A program made the translations under genes and the position numbers. Below, piece by piece: positions 11,911 to 26,439 of a DNA stretch of 64,000 nt. Position 1 is the stretch's first letter; every line of letters begins with the position of its first letter. This stretch comes from Podarcis melisellensis (lineage: Eukaryota), in assembly GCA_964234715.1 (NCBI GenBank), contig OZ174280.1; one strand, 5' to 3'. Under the pieces are notes generated by a model. That model searched no databases. It had not been told where the DNA came from and worked only from the letters and a program-made list of their open reading frames with translations.

Positions 11911-14089
11911 GTTTGGATGCTGCAGGAGGTTTTACATATAGGGACTATTTATTTAGATCTACATACACACAGTTTTTCCGGTAAAATGCCACTAGTGTTG
12001 TTTAATTTTTTTAATCGAGGGCAGCGCTTAATTTCTGAAAGCGGAGGTGCTAGTGCATGACCTTGCCTGGAAGGATGCTTGGGGCTCAGCTGTAATCATG
12101 TTGAGGGGGAAACACTCTGCACATACTTCAAGGCACTCACATTTTATGGATACTTTCCAGCTTTCAGTACGTGGTGCCTAGACTGCAGCATTTGTCTGCT
12201 AAGCAATGCCATCTGTTTTTGCTGTGCACGCCTCACTCCCATTTTAATCGTGCAGGAGTCTGGCTGGGTAACCTTGCTCACCTCTCTAGGCTTGTGAGTT
12301 CCTTGTAGCCCAACGAGATACTGTGTGTGTTTCCTCGGAAATGTCTCACTCAGGCCCTATCGGCACTATACATGTAAAGCACCACGATGCCACGTTAAGC
12401 AGCCATGGCTTCTGCCAAAGAATCATGGGAACTGTAGTTTGTTAAGGGTGCTGAGAATTCATAGGATACCCCTAGTCCCCTCACAGAGCTACAGTTCCCA
12501 GAGTTCCCTAGGAAGCTGGGTGGATTGTTAAAGCACTCTGAGAATTGTAGCTTTTAATTTCAATGGGTTTAGTTTGAGTAGACATTAGTTGGTTATGTCC
12601 CAGAGGAAGCTGACTTATATTGAGCCAGGCTATTGGTCCATCTAGTTCAGTATTGTCTATAGTGACTAGCAATGGCTCTTCTGGCTTTTAGGTCAAGGAT
12701 AGTTTTGGGGCCCAGAGACCCTGGGGTGTGAACCTGGGACCTTGTGCAGAGAGCTTCCCTTGACCCAAATTTGGGGACCTCCTGGCAGATACCAAAAGAG
12801 GACCAGAACCACAGCTTCAGCAATACATGCTGCAGTTTTCTCACTTGTATCCCTGTCACCCAAATGTGCATGTTTGTTTCACTGAAATGTATACAACTGA
12901 GGGAGGAGGAGGAGGAGAAACAGGGATGAGTCACCGTGGAAAAGAGCAGACTTTATGGGAAATCAAGACTGAAGTTCACTGTCGCCATGGCGGGGCGGGG
13001 AAGAGGGTGGAGAAGATGGCGAAAGTCTGTCAGGGCTGTGGGAGGAAGCAGGACTGGAATGGCAAGAGTATTGCAAGGGCAGTAGCGCTTTGGAACACCT
13101 TCAGGGCAGGGTGTAGGGGAGCTGAGTAACTGGAAGACAGTAGTATCTTGGCACATTTGGTTCATAACAATGCACGATGCCGACAAGCCTTTTCTTCCTT
13201 GCAAACCAGCACCTGATTTTAAAAGGAGACTGCAGACCACTACTAGGTGTGAGCACATCAGGGCGAAGGGTGGGAGCCAAGGAGGGTGCGCTAATGTGGC
13301 GGCTGTGGCTGATGGGAATTGTAGTTCAAAACATCCAAAGGGAACCAGCCTGCTCTGGTGAATTTCTTTTTATTACTGCCTGGACCCCTTTCCACTTGGC
13401 AGGGCTTTAAAAAAGCCAGATTGAACTCTGCCATCAAACTCAGCCTTCTCACGCTTGAACCCTCCCCACCCTCCCTGTTGCACCTTATATTGCTGCCACA
13501 GAAACCTCAGTGTTAGCTACTGTGCTCCGCGTTCCACCTGCACCTTGCAGCCACTTCCGGTATCACTAGCAAGGCTGTGTGCGATGGCTAGCAGTTGCAT
13601 TTCTCACATTTGCAAACGTTCGGCCTACTTCCCAGAAGGCAGCACAGGTGAACTGGCAGCATGAGCTTGGCTGACAGGAATCAACTGGGCTCCTTGCCAG
13701 CTTCTGCCCCAGCAGCCTTCAGCTGGAGACATGCAAAGTTCCAAGCTGAGCACCGGCTGGGGAAAGGCTTACAGGGCAGGCCACCCGGTTCAGTGTTGTC
13801 TGGGAGGGACCAAATGGCATCTCCACCAGCTTATTGCAACCAACGCTGCTAGGAGATTTGCATGTCTCCTGGTTGAGCGTCAAGTCAAAAACAGCTGGTT
13901 GGGAGCTGCCTGGTACCCCTCCAGCCTCCCACAGCTGATGCTCAGCTAAGAAACTTATGCACCAGGCAACTGAAACCCCCTTGCAAGCAGCTTGGAGTTT
14001 CAGCTTCATGCATGCAGCTCTAGCTATGCTTCTTCATAATTTGCACCATCTCCCTCATTATTGTATTTATAATAATAATAATACTATAA

Positions 14090-15050
14090 TAATAAATTTG
14101 TTAGTCACATTATCTTGCCCATGGCAACTGAAACTGACTTGCAAACAAATAAACAAAAAAAACCCACACGAAGATGCATTAAAACCTAGGGTGGAGGAAT
14201 ACATTAAAAACATCCTACCCACTTCTAAAAGGCCACAGTTAGAGGCGAAAGGCCAGGTTATAGAGGTAAGTTTTTGCCTGGTGCCAAAAGATATATAATG
14301 ATGGCACCAGGTGAGTATCCCTGGGGATAACATTCCACAAATGGAAGCTACCACTGAATAGGCCCATTCTCAGTTTAAAGGACCCCTGACCATTAGGTCC
14401 AGTCATGACCGACTCTGGGGTTGCGGCGCTCATCTCGCTTTTTTGGCCAAGGGAGCCGGTGTACAGCTTCCAGGTCCTGTGGCCAGCATGACTAAGCCAC
14501 TTCTGGTGAACCAGAGCAGCGCACGGAAACGCCGTTTACTTTCCCACCAGAGTGGTACCTATTTATCTACTTGCACTTTGACGTGCTTTTGAACTGCTAG
14601 GTTGCAGAAATCTCCCATGGGGCGAGCACATGAAGAAGAGCCTCAAATGATGGTCCAGGCTGGTTCATACCCCTCCTTTTCCCAAACTGTGACTCAAGGC
14701 GGCTTATACAAAATAAAACAACACAGATAAAAGACAAAAGCTAAAACCATAAAAAGGTAATTATTAAAAAGAACTCTAAAAGATTCAAACAATAGAATTT
14801 TTTTTAAATACAGATAATAAAAACAGCATGGCATTATTCAAAGCCCTTTCCTCAAAAAGTGGTCATTTCCCAAAGGCCTTTCGGAACAAAACAATCTTCA
14901 GCTGCCGATGAAAGGACAAGGAGGGAGCCAGATTCCTGACATCTAGCTTCTCTAGGAAATCTGGGAGCAGACACTGAGAAGATCCTCTCCCATGTTCCCA
15001 CCAAGCATGCTTTTGAGGGTGGTGGGACTGAAGAAGGGCCTCCCACGAAT
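14090..15050 (-). mobile_element. Cluster of two degenerate L2 3' fragments, one interrupted by a Sauria SINE
   Basis: TTTTGCCTGGTGCCAAAA...ATTCCACAAATGG..CCACTGAATAGGCCC and CTCAAGGCGGCTTA...GGGAGCAGACACTGAGAAG...GGTGGTGGGACTGAAGAAGGGCCTCCC. Confidence 0.7.
14376..14607 (-). mobile_element. Sauria SINE, 5'-truncated, nested in an L2 fragment
   Basis: Closely matches the 3' two-thirds of 26440-26776. Confidence 0.9.
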
Positions 15051-16876
15051 CTAGGCAGGATAGTATGGGAGAATATGGTATTTCAGAAGGCCTAGGCTGA
15101 AACCTGAAAGCCTAATTTCATGCTGGAGTTTTACTATGGTGCTGTGACTGTCACCACTTCCAAATCTTAGGAGTTCCCAGAACCACTTGTGGTTGCCCTT
15201 GAGATCAAGGTTGGCCCAACCACAGAAGCAAGCTAGCCAGATGCCAAATGTCAGGGCTGGATTACCAAATTTTGAAGTAATTCAAGTAAGTGAAGTAACA
15301 TACATTAGCCATCTAGAAAAGCGGGTGGGTTTAAGAGAATTAAGCATCTAATTAAGTGTCTAATTAAGATAATTAAGAGTCTAAAAACTAGGCCTAGGGT
15401 GACAACATTTATGGGGTTTCTGCCTCAGCTAAAGAAATCATAAATGCCTTGGGAAAAGAGCTACTGCCTGCCCTTTTTCCTTTTTCAGGCAAACTTCTGG
15501 AGGAAATGAGAATTATAATCCATGTTAATGATAGCTTGTAGGAATCTGGCAGCCATATTTAGTCTGCCTCTGGGTTGGGGAACCTGTGGCCCTCCAGATG
15601 CTCCTGGACTGAAGCCCCATTGTTCCTGACTCTGCTTGTTGGGACTAATGGGAGATGGAGAGACACGGATTATGCACCCTTGGGCCAAATTAAACTAATG
15701 TGGAGAAGAGTTGCGTATAGCTAATTCCTGAAATGACTGGCACATACTGTTTCCTTATTTTTCATTTTTATTTTGTTGCTGCTCAACATTCAGCAAGACA
15801 CAAGGGAAAGAGGGAGGAAGAAAACTTCAATTTGCTCAGGATAGTGGAAAAACAAACATTTTGTTTGTAAATAAATATACAAACCTTGGATTGGCCCTGC
15901 CTGAGATATTCCTATCAATGCATTTGGCAAATAGATTTAACACCAAACTTCTTTCATTAGGAAGTCAACAGTAAAGGGCTGGTCTGGATACAGTCTCAAA
16001 TGCTAAGCCTTCTCACATTGGTATTATTGTAACTATATCAATTTGGGCAAGGAGAAAGGATTCTTATATTATTATCTTCAGAGCGGGGAAAATGTGCCAC
16101 TTAGAGAAGCAGATAGTCCTGTGTCAAATAGGCAAAGATGTGAACCATCTCCCAAGCTGGGAAGAGATGGTGGTGGTGGTACTGATGATGGGGGATACTA
16201 GGTTATCCAACCTCCCTGTGGTTGAATTGCTTTCATAGCTGGATGTTGTAATCCCAGCTCCTCCAGCTCTGGTGTGCCCCATTACAGGCATGCTGTAGAC
16301 AGGTGTTGTGAAACCTCCACGCCCACTTCAGGCACCTGCAATCATTTCACAGGTGCATCTGAGATCCAAGAGTATCCGACAGGCTATGTAGGGCAGCCTT
16401 TAAGACACCGACAAAGGCTTATACAACACTTCCACTTGGGAGATCCTCATTGGTCCTTAGGGTGATGTCACCATCCTTTATTTCCCATCCTCGCTGTGAT
16501 GTTCCCGATAAAAGAGTCTGTCCCAAAGAATTTACAGTTTGGCAACATTGGACTTAATAATCAGGATCTGCCACAAGGCCTCAGTGCATCCAGCTTATGC
16601 AAGACAGAATGATTCATATATTACCATGTCACAGAGGTTGCATTGATTTCACCTTCTTCCATGCCTGCACATAATAGATGGGGGAGATAATTCCCCCTTC
16701 CCCACAGATTGTAGCCTGGACCTTTGGGGGGAAATCTTTAATATAGAGCTTTTTAACTCTATCTCCTGCCCTAGAGATTAGGGGGTGTTGTTAATAGGAG
16801 GCCCAGAGTTCCCCCCTCTCTCGGGGGGGGGGGTCTGGGCTGAGGCTGCAGCTGCAGAGATGGTTATCTTGTGACT

Positions 16877-17229
16877 AATAATAATAATAATAATAATTTT
16901 ATTATTTATACCCCACCCATCTGGCTGGGTTTCCCCAGCCATTCTGGGTGGCTCCCAACAGAATATTAGAAACACAATAAAACATCAAACATTAAAAACT
17001 TCCCTGAACAGGGCTGCCATCAGATATCTTCTAAAAGTCAGATAGTTGTTTATTTCCTTGACATCTGATGGGAGGGCATTCCACAGAACGGGTGCCACTA
17101 CCAAGAAGGCCCTCTGCCTGGTTCCCTGTAACCTCACTTTTTGCAGTGAAGGAACCACCAGAAGGCCCTTGGCGCTGGACCTCAGTGTCCGGGCTGAACG
17201 ATGGGGATGGAGACACTCCTTCAGGTATA
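16877..17229 (-). mobile_element. L2 LINE 3' end with (AAT)n tail
   Basis: TTTATACCCCACCCATCTGGCTGGGTTTCCCCAGCCA...GGGAGGGCATTCCACAG...GCCACTACCAAGAAGGCCC, typical of lizard L2 3' ends. Confidence 0.85.
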
Positions 17230-19881
17230 CCGAGCAGAGGACATCAGATCATTAGAAAGATGTCCATCTTCACAGAGGCCAAGGAGTATGGTGTATGAGC
17301 TGAAAAGAACTGTTGAGGGGATTCTTAAGAGACCCCACCAGAATAACAAAGACTATACAAGGATGACCAGCTGCTGGATGACAGCAAAACCCTTGGAGAC
17401 CATGGCTTCACCAGCCAGATAGCACAACCTAAGGCTGTGACAGTTGGCTTGGCCTTCAGGCCTAGTGAAGATGTCTCTGGAGCTCCCAGACGTGATGAAG
17501 CCCCAGGACTCTGGCAGCAGCACCAATGAGCAAGCAGTGCTGTGAGAGCCAGAGGGTGAGGGAGTGAGCCGCACAACCCATGGTGCCCTTTCCTCATCAT
17601 CCACCCACTCCCTCCCTCAACTCTCCAGTGTGGAGAGTGACTTGGCACTGTCCCATCCTTCCAATCTAGGTTCCCCTTCAACTCCACCCCTCTCTAAACA
17701 GGACCACACCTCCTTCCAAGCCTCTCTGCACTCATCAAACAGAGCAATGTTCTCATTTTGGGCTTTGGAAACAGTTCAGTTGTTCTTCTTCTTTCTTTTT
17801 TACAGGAGGCCCAGGACCTCCTGCCTCTTCTGCCTCTCCCCTCAGCCTTTTGACACTTAGAAGTTCTCTTGCAACTATACCTAGAGGTGCCAGGAATTGG
17901 ATTTAGAACCTTCCACAAGCAAGCAGATAGTCTGCAACTGAGCTACATCACTCAGTTAGTTGTGCTACAAATCACAGTGCCTGTGAGATCCCAGCCACCC
18001 ACCGACTTAATTTACCAGAGGCAGAAATATATGTATTTATTCAAATTTGTGTTGTGGACCTGTGCCCTGAAGCCTTTAAATACTTGGCAATGCTTCCACG
18101 CTGGTTTCTCCCTGGATGACTAAATGTTTTCAAATGCTGCATTTTGAAGCAAGACAAGGCATCATTGAGCAAGACTAGCTTTTTCCAAAGAACTAATCAA
18201 TAACCAGTTTCAGGAAACCTTCAAAGAGCTTAGCTTGATTCTCTAAGGAGCTGAACATCCCACAACCAAGCTGTTACCTAGATTTTCAGGGGGTGGGGGT
18301 GGGAATCAGCAAATTAATGTTCATTGCAGTCCTATTCATGTTTACACAGAAGGAAGTCCCACTGTATTTATTCCTGGGTTTATTTGCGGATAGTGGAATA
18401 GATTTGCACCTTCAAGCCTGTCACCTTACTGCACAGACTTCTGGCTGAATGTGGATCAGGATGCACAAAAATCCACAAAGCTTTGTAATGTCCCAATCTT
18501 ATACATGATTACTTGGGAGCAAGTTCTTCTTGGCATGTCTAGCTGTCTTAACAGATTTTTGCTCCGGATCCATCTCTGGGAGAGTGGAATAGTCACAGGC
18601 CCCTATAACTGACTTTGCTTAGAGGTCATGGAGAAGCTTCTCCTTACTGGAAGGCAAAACATTGGTTGTCTCCGTCCTGTGGGTCCTCTGAAGACAGCTG
18701 GTGGTGCTGAATGGGTCTTTCCATGAGAGTTTAGCACTTGTCTACCCCCCCAGTTTACTGTTTCTGTCATCTGGCACAACCAGCAAAATCCTCCCCAACA
18801 GCATGTAAAGCAGAGATGGGAATAAATTTGGTTCTGATTCCTGTCATCACAAACTCATGAGCTTTGGCCTGCATAGAATAGCTGTCAGTTCACTGGCGTT
18901 AACAGTCAGAACCAGGTACAGTACAGGAAAACCTGTCCAATGAGCATCAAATGAGTGGCTGATACAGAAGCTGATTTGCATGATTTCCAGGCAGGGCCAA
19001 CCCATTAGGCAAAGTAATGCAGTTGCCTCAGGTGGCAGATGCCAGAGGTGGTGGCAGCCCTCCATGATCCACTGGAGTCCCCTAAAGTAGCCTATTCTGA
19101 ACCCCCTAAACTAACCTGCTCCCAGTCTAGTTGGATTCTGTTTAGGGATTGGCGATGCTGTCATTTCCTTCACCTCAGCCAGCAAAACACACACCTGCCA
19201 AGTGCCCTGGAAAAAACGAGACATCCAATCTTTTCACATGAGAGGGTGGCAGCCATTTTGAATGCCGCAATCTCACATGCTCTAACACTGCACTGTCACC
19301 CAAAAAAAGTGCTTGGGAGTGGGGCCACAATATTGTCCAGTGCCCCAAAACACACATTTTTGGGTGCCATGTGAGATCTCACCATGGTAAAAGCACTTTT
19401 TCAGGGCAAGAGTGAGACACAGGTCATGTGACTCATCTGGGAGCTTGCCTCGGAAGACATGTGTTCCAGTCTTGGGTCTGAAAAAGTTGAACAGTATGCA
19501 AAATATCCTGTACTGACCCTCTTTCCAGGGCCTTGTGCTAACCACTAACTTCACCTCCATTGTCAGCAAATTCCAGGCCTCATGATCATAATATTCCCAC
19601 AGGGTTGAGATCAGAGCCAAATGGATGCTCCTTCTGGTTCCTGCCTGCCAATCACTAACAAACAGAAAGGAAAGTGAAACTAAATGAAAGCGACTGCTTT
19701 ACCCCCAAAAGGGATATCTCAAAACTGCTAAACTAAATTGAATTGTTAGAGAATACTCCTAAATTTCCATAATCAACATAAGCACCAAACAAGTCATTTG
19801 TGAGGGGGATGCTGTGGGTGGGGTAGAGTGGGGCAACCCCAGATCTTTTGTTTGCCTTCTGCCCTTCCTCCCACCCCATTT

Positions 19882-19882
<1 letters not shown>

Positions 19883-19930
<48 letters not shown>
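19883..19930. repeat. (AAT)n microsatellite
   Basis: About 16 units. Confidence 0.97.
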
Positions 19931-19932
<2 letters not shown>

Positions 19933-21529
19933 CCTGTTTTCCTTGCTTATTGGTGAACCAGGCATGCTGCAAAGCACAATGCCAGCGAGACTTCACCAAC
20001 CATCTTCATTTGCTCAGAGGCCTAAATTGGTTTCTATACATATCAATTAGCATATGCAGATGCATGTTGTGGGTCTTTCAAGTGCCTAGCCCAGCTTCTT
20101 GCCAATCTGGCTCCCTCCAGATGATTTGGGCTGGAGTGATGGGAGTTGGTCATCTTTGGAGCACAAGAAGGATTGGTGCTTCCTGCTTCCTGCTATCTAA
20201 AAGGATATTCACCAATGCCAACAAACGCAGCTCTAGATGCTGATTTGACTTACAAATCCCTTTATAAATCTGCCCAGAGCTTTGCCCTTTCACACTTGGA
20301 ATCCCAGAAGCAATGCAGAACCTCTCTGCCTGGCCTGTCGTTCAGTAGCTACAACTGAGCAGCTAGGAGGTTAATTGTGTTTATTTTTGTATGCTTAAAT
20401 GTTGATTTCATATGTATATATTTAATGTATCTGTTATATCATCTAGCCCTTGAGAGAGAGTGAGAGTACAGTATAAAATCAAAATGGAATAGCTAAATAA
20501 TAATGAATAGCTGCAATCTCACAATGCTCTTCTCCTGACTAAACCAAGTGACCAGAGAAATGCATATGCACACACAGCAGGGGAGGGGCAGGGGGGATAT
20601 GACAAATAGAATCAATCCCAGGATGTCCTGGGGTCACATAATTCTGGAGGTCAGATTGTAGCAAACTGACCAGCTGGAAAAAGTGGCCAACGCTGCTCAG
20701 CCTTTCCAGAACTCTCCCACCCCTTGACTGTTTATTATAAACAGCCATTTCACCTCAGAGATTTCCCAGTAGGTTCTAGAGGTCACTGGGAGGCTGCAGG
20801 TCACGGTTAAACAGCTCTCAGTTGTAAGGCCTTTAAGCGAATGGCTCAGGTTAATTATTTTAGACCCTGCCCTGGGAGCCGCTTTATTGCTCCCCGAAGA
20901 GGAGAAAAGGAAAGGCTCCGAATTCTGGGAAATTAGACACTGCGCATGCAGTGTACAATAGAGACCCATCCTTGCAACTCCTTTGGTGCAATCCAGATAA
21001 AAGAGGGTGTCTCGAGGTACCATTAGTAGCAATGGAAATTAAGAGCAGAGCTCCATGTTTCCACCAACTTCAGTGGGGTTTATTTCCAGAGGGGTAGTCA
21101 TGTTCATCTGTTTGAAAGCCAGCATGTAGGTCATATAGCACCTTAATATAGAGCAAAAGCACTTGCAGACTGTTGCTCTTTTTGGGTGGGATTCAGTCAC
21201 ATACCAGCAAATTCAAGTTGCACAATTAAAGTTTATTTGGAACTCTTGCACAACAAACCTACTTCCCCCAAAGATCACATTTTTAAAATGTATTTGTTGC
21301 AATAAGGAAAGTGGTAAGGAAATGCACTAGATAGTGTGGGAAAATGTCCCATAACCTCCCCACAAACCAACCAGAATTCACAATAAAGGGCCATCAGGAT
21401 GAATGCTCAATAAACAGGTAATCTGGAAGCAACCGAAGGCTGTAATCCTAACCCCACTTACCTGGGAGTAAGACCCACTGAGGTCAGTAGTACATACTTC
21501 TGGTAGACATGGTTAGAATTGCATCGCAA

Positions 21530-21845
21530 CACATTTATTACGGCATGAGCTTTCATAGGCTACAGTCCACTTCATCAGATACATGAGGCACTTTCATGAG
21601 TTACAGAATATATACACTTCAGTTGTGGGGCGGGGGATTGTAAACAGTGAGGTCAGAGGGAAGTGTAATGCAGACATTTCAGACAGTGATAATTATGTTG
21701 TGAACAGTACTTATTCACAAAAACGGTAGCTGGTGGTAAAGCAGACATCCTGGCATTAGTAAGCTAATTACCAAATGTAGTGTGGAAAAAAACCCTTTGT
21801 CCTGATTCAAGCCACAGTCAATGCATCCAATTTTCACTTGATCAT
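21530..21845 (-). mobile_element. Neptune-type Penelope-like 3' fragment with degenerate hammerhead motif
   Basis: Minus strand reads KLDAL../GLNQDKGFF..HY-like relics, then CTGATGAA GTGGAC TGTA GCCTAT GAAAGCTC ATG (~21544-21580) and AATAAA. Confidence 0.7.
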
Positions 21846-22745
21846 GCCCCATGTCTGCCAGATCAGCTGCCCCTGCTACTTCATTCTGTGTGGAAAACAC
21901 AGCACTTCCACAACACCACCATCCATTACTCCAGCTGTACCTGACTATTTATTGAGTGTTCCTCCCAATTTGTTTGCAAGAAGATTGGATGACATTGGCT
22001 ATTTAATGTGCATTCATTCTGATTGGTTTGCGGGGAGGTTAGATGATACTGTGCCAAAGCAATCCTGCATTTTCCAGCACATTTTTAGGACACTTTCCTT
22101 GTCAGAGTAATGTCCGATCTTCTGGTAAAGTGGGTTTGCTACACAAGACCTGCCAATCAACTATAATTGCATAGTCTGCATTTGCCAGTATGTGATGAAA
22201 TCCCACCCAAAACCAGCAATGGTCTGGAAGTGCCCAAAGGCTTTATCATACAGATCCAGAGTTTATAATTAAAAGTTCTCTGTGGCAGTCCTTGCATTCA
22301 TGAAAGGGTACTTATCTGATACCAGTATCTTCAAACATCTCCATACACTTTTAGGTGTATTACTTACAAATCTAAGCAGCTTTGGAAAATACAGGAAGCC
22401 ATGTTGGCCTGTTAGAGGCAAGAGGGACTTCTAACAGTAGCCAAATATATTTATGAGGATCAACTGAGAGGTCACAAAGTCATGCATAAGCTTTCAAGTT
22501 CCCTAGAATAGTTTTTCAGGCTGGGTTTAAAAAAACAAACAAACAAGTAGTGAGGAAGGCAGAGAGGAAAGATCCTGCTGGTCACAATGAAAAGCCCTAG
22601 TCTGCAGTTTGCAGAAATCTTAGAATAGAATATACAGGCATTTTCCTGCAGCTGGAAGTTTGATTAGAGCTCAGGTTGCTGCAACACATGATAGGATGAA
22701 GGAGCAATGGCAAATAGATTGCAAATATAAAAGACAGCAGTTAAG

Positions 22746-22900
22746 GGCATAGGAAGAGCCTTGCTAGATCAGACCAAAGGCCCATCTAGCCCAGTAATCT
22801 CTTCTCCCATGGGCCAACCAAATGTCTATGATAAGCAGGACATGAGCACAATAGTCCTCTCCCTCTCATAACTAGAAACTGGTATTACAGACACACAAGA
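22746..22900 (-). mobile_element. CR1 3' fragment
   Basis: CATAGGAAGAGCCTTGCTAGATCAGACCAAAGGCCCATCTAG. Confidence 0.65.
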
Positions 22901-25900
22901 TACAGGAGAGAGGTAACACTAACATGGTACCCTCCAGAAGCTATAGATGACAGCTCCCATCAGCCTCAGGCAGCATGGCCAACAGACAGGGATGGTTCAA
23001 GTTCTAGCCCAACAACTTATGAAGGACACAACATTGGCTACCTGTGAAGCTATTCAGGAGCAGTAGCCATTGTTAGCCTCATCCTTCAAGAGCTTCAAGA
23101 GCATTGCACTTATCTGACCAGCACAATTTACGCTTCGTCTCTGAGGTCAGCAAGGATTGTCCTCTTCTGAATTCTGATTAGAAGAACTGATGGGTTGCCA
23201 AAGCCAATGAGAGGCAGAAGTAGAGCCAATGACTGGCAAAGCCAACTCTTTGCAGTTTTGTAGTTCCACAAGGGACAACACAGAGATGGAGAGAGGAGGA
23301 AACGGACAGGCAGGGCTAGAGTGGTTGTTAATAGGACAGCAGGCAGGTGGGAGCTGGCTGAGTGCAGACCAGTGCTGGTCCTTCTGCTTCACCCTGAACA
23401 GAGGGGAACCACCAAGGAGGTGGCGGTGCGGCCACCCCTCAGCTTCTGCCGCCTGAGGTGGTTGTCTTCCTCCCTCTCTGCCCAATGGTTGTGCCAGGCC
23501 TGGAGAAGGGGAAGGAGAAGAAGAGAGCAGCATGAAATTGCCATGCCAAGTATCACCATTGTGGTGGTGTGTGGAGATCATAATAATAATAATAATAATA
23601 ACAACATTGTTCTGCAAAGCCTCATGTGGGTTAACTAAGAAGAAATCATCCACCCGGAAGGAGCTGATACTCTGTGCAAAGCAAAGCGCTGGAGCTTATT
23701 AATGCTGCTGATGTCCCTGTAGCCCTGGGGGAATGTGGATGGCTAGGGAAGATGGATGTGTCTGGCGCACTTTGGAGACAAGTTGCTCTTAGGGGAGGGA
23801 GAACACTGCAGAGCAGAGCTGCCTGCCCCGTAAGCTGTAGGGCCCTTAACCCTGCACATTTTGTCCTGAGCCGCAGAGGTGCAGTGCCAGCTGGAAGGCA
23901 GGCCACAGCATGTTGTGCTGCTCAGGGAGGGAACTTGCACAAGGCTTTTTACCTGCTCATTATCTGTGATTCACCTGTGACTCTGCCTTCCGCTTCCACA
24001 CTAGGAGATGCTTCAAAGGGATGTGGGTTAAGAGGAAACCTGCGACTCTCTTTCATCCGAAAGTGAGGCCGTCAAGTAAACAGGGAGGCTGGAGTTTCTG
24101 GCTGGGTCTGTGACTCCAGGAAGGGGTGGAGAAAGCAATGAGCTTGATTCACCCGCATGCTGTACCTTAACCCTGTGACAAGCCAGGCACCTGGCGCTCA
24201 ATTGGATGTGCTCTAGGATGGAAAGAATGCAAAGAGCCCTAGAGGATGGGAGGAAGGAAGGAAATGATTCTTTTCTGCTTACAGGTTCAGGGTGGAATTG
24301 AAAATTCCTGCCACAGACTTACTGTGTGATCCTGGGCAGTCACAGATGTTGGCCGTGTAAAAGAATTGCAGACCCATGCAGTTGGGAGCAGTCTTGTCTG
24401 CCAGACTTTGGGCAACAGGTTGGCAGAAGCTTAATTAGGCAAACCCCCTTCTTAGTGGAAATCTAGAGCTGCAGTATCACCTAGCAGACAGCTGCCTGCC
24501 TGAAGACCTCTAGCGAGAGAGAGCCCACCACCCCTCTAAAATGACATATTTTTCTGCCTAATCTCTTGGCAGTATCCTAAAAGGAATGTCATTCACACTA
24601 ATTCTATGTGTTGCTCTCTTAGGCTAAAGTGGGGATAAGAGTTTTCCATGACAAAGCATCAAACATGTGGAGTCTTATTGCCCAAAGGGCTCTGCTCATA
24701 CCATCAATGCACGAACACAGGCTCCCCCAACTTGGTGCCCTCCAGATGTTTCAAACTACAGCTCCCATCAGCCCCAGGTGGTGTAGCCAGAGGGTACCAG
24801 GTGGAGAAGGCTGCCCTGACATCTCACACTGGGGGCCACTGAATCTGGAGGGAACCTTCTAGCCTGTCCCAGCTTAAACTTAGGCCATGACTTTGACGAG
24901 AGATGTGTTAATTAAAAGTGAGCTCCCATTATTTGGCATGCACTTTGCAGGAAATTAGTAGAACAGAGATCATTTAAACATAACTTCTTTAATCCTAAGG
25001 AGTCATAAAACAGGCAACACAGCTTATCCTCAAATGACTCTGCCTGAAATGGAGCTATTAAAATCCCAGAGTGATGAGCTTGAGGGGAAATGCTAGCACA
25101 CCCTGGACTGTATCCATGCAAACATGGTACTGTAATAATAGTTGGTTTTTTTAAAAAAAGCAATAGGAACAATAACGTCACCTTGAGGAGCTTCTATGCG
25201 TGCTTAATTGCCATACACCTGTTGCTGTTTGTTCATGTTCCTGCACTGCAGCCTGAGACAGAAGCTCTAGGAGAATTTCGACATCCTCAACAGAGCTAGT
25301 TTTGTAGATAGAGTAATGATATGTCCCTATCGTGAAAGGTACATGCTATACATTTAAAGCACACTCAAAACACATTCCCCTCTCAAAGAATTCCAGGCCT
25401 TGTACTTTGTCCGTCACAGAGTTACAATTCCTGCAACCCTTAGCACCCGGAATTCTTTTTTGGGGGGGAGAATGTGCTTTGAAGTTATAATGTGTACGCA
25501 AGCCGAAGTGTACCAGTTGCTGGTTAATAATGAATTCATACCTAATACTTGGGCTGTCATGAGATGTCTTTCTTCATTGCAATACATTTTGAACATTTCT
25601 GGATTCTGTGTGGCATGCTTGCAAAAAATGAAGTGAATGATTCTGTATGGCATGCTAAATACATGCACCCACAGTATCAGTTCTAAAGCTTTCTAAACTG
25701 TAGGGTAGGAGTAATCTATGTGGTCCAAAACAGGTAGCCCAGAAGCCGTAGAATCATAGAATAGGAGAGTTGGAAGGGACCCCAAGAGTCATCTAGTCCA
25801 ACCCACTTCAAGTCATTAGGACTCCAACTCCTATCATCATAGGTACCTAGGAAGCTGCCTTATATTGGGTCAGACCTACTGGCTCAGTATTCTCTACCCT

Positions 25901-26439
25901 GATTAGCAGCGATTCTCCGGGGTTCCAAAGCACTTCTGTAGAGAAATAGATATTTTGAAGTTAATTTTTCCAAATTTATTTGATGGGGAATGCAACCGGA
26001 ATTCAAACAAAAGCAGCTTGCATGCTACTGTAGCACCAATCCCTTTGTTTACTTAATATGAAACAAGTGTAGCTTGTTTTCCCTGATCAAAAGCTAGAGG
26101 TTACATGTAGGAAGTGGTTGCAATTGGGTCAAGCTGCCAGGGATTACAACTTGACTCAGCAAGCTATTTTAATTGCTCTCCTCCTACCATCTCGCCTCTT
26201 ATTTCTCAAGAAGGTAGCCACCTATTCTTCTGGGCTGGTTCTTGTGCCATTAACAGCTTTGGGATGGCCTTTGTCCTGCATCCAATAACATTGGGGATGC
26301 TAACTTCTAAGTATGTGTTACCTTGCTTTGAGATACTGAGTGTGCCTAATTGGAATCCCTGCCCTGTTCCTGTGTACTATATGAAATGGGAGGAAAGCTC
26401 CCATTGATGCCAATGGAAGCTTTGTTCCTGTTGTGTCTA

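Noticed and set aside
23147-24066. Several 100-170 aa ORFs in GC-richer DNA
   Set aside because: Low-complexity translations crossing an (AAT)n repeat; no domain motifs.
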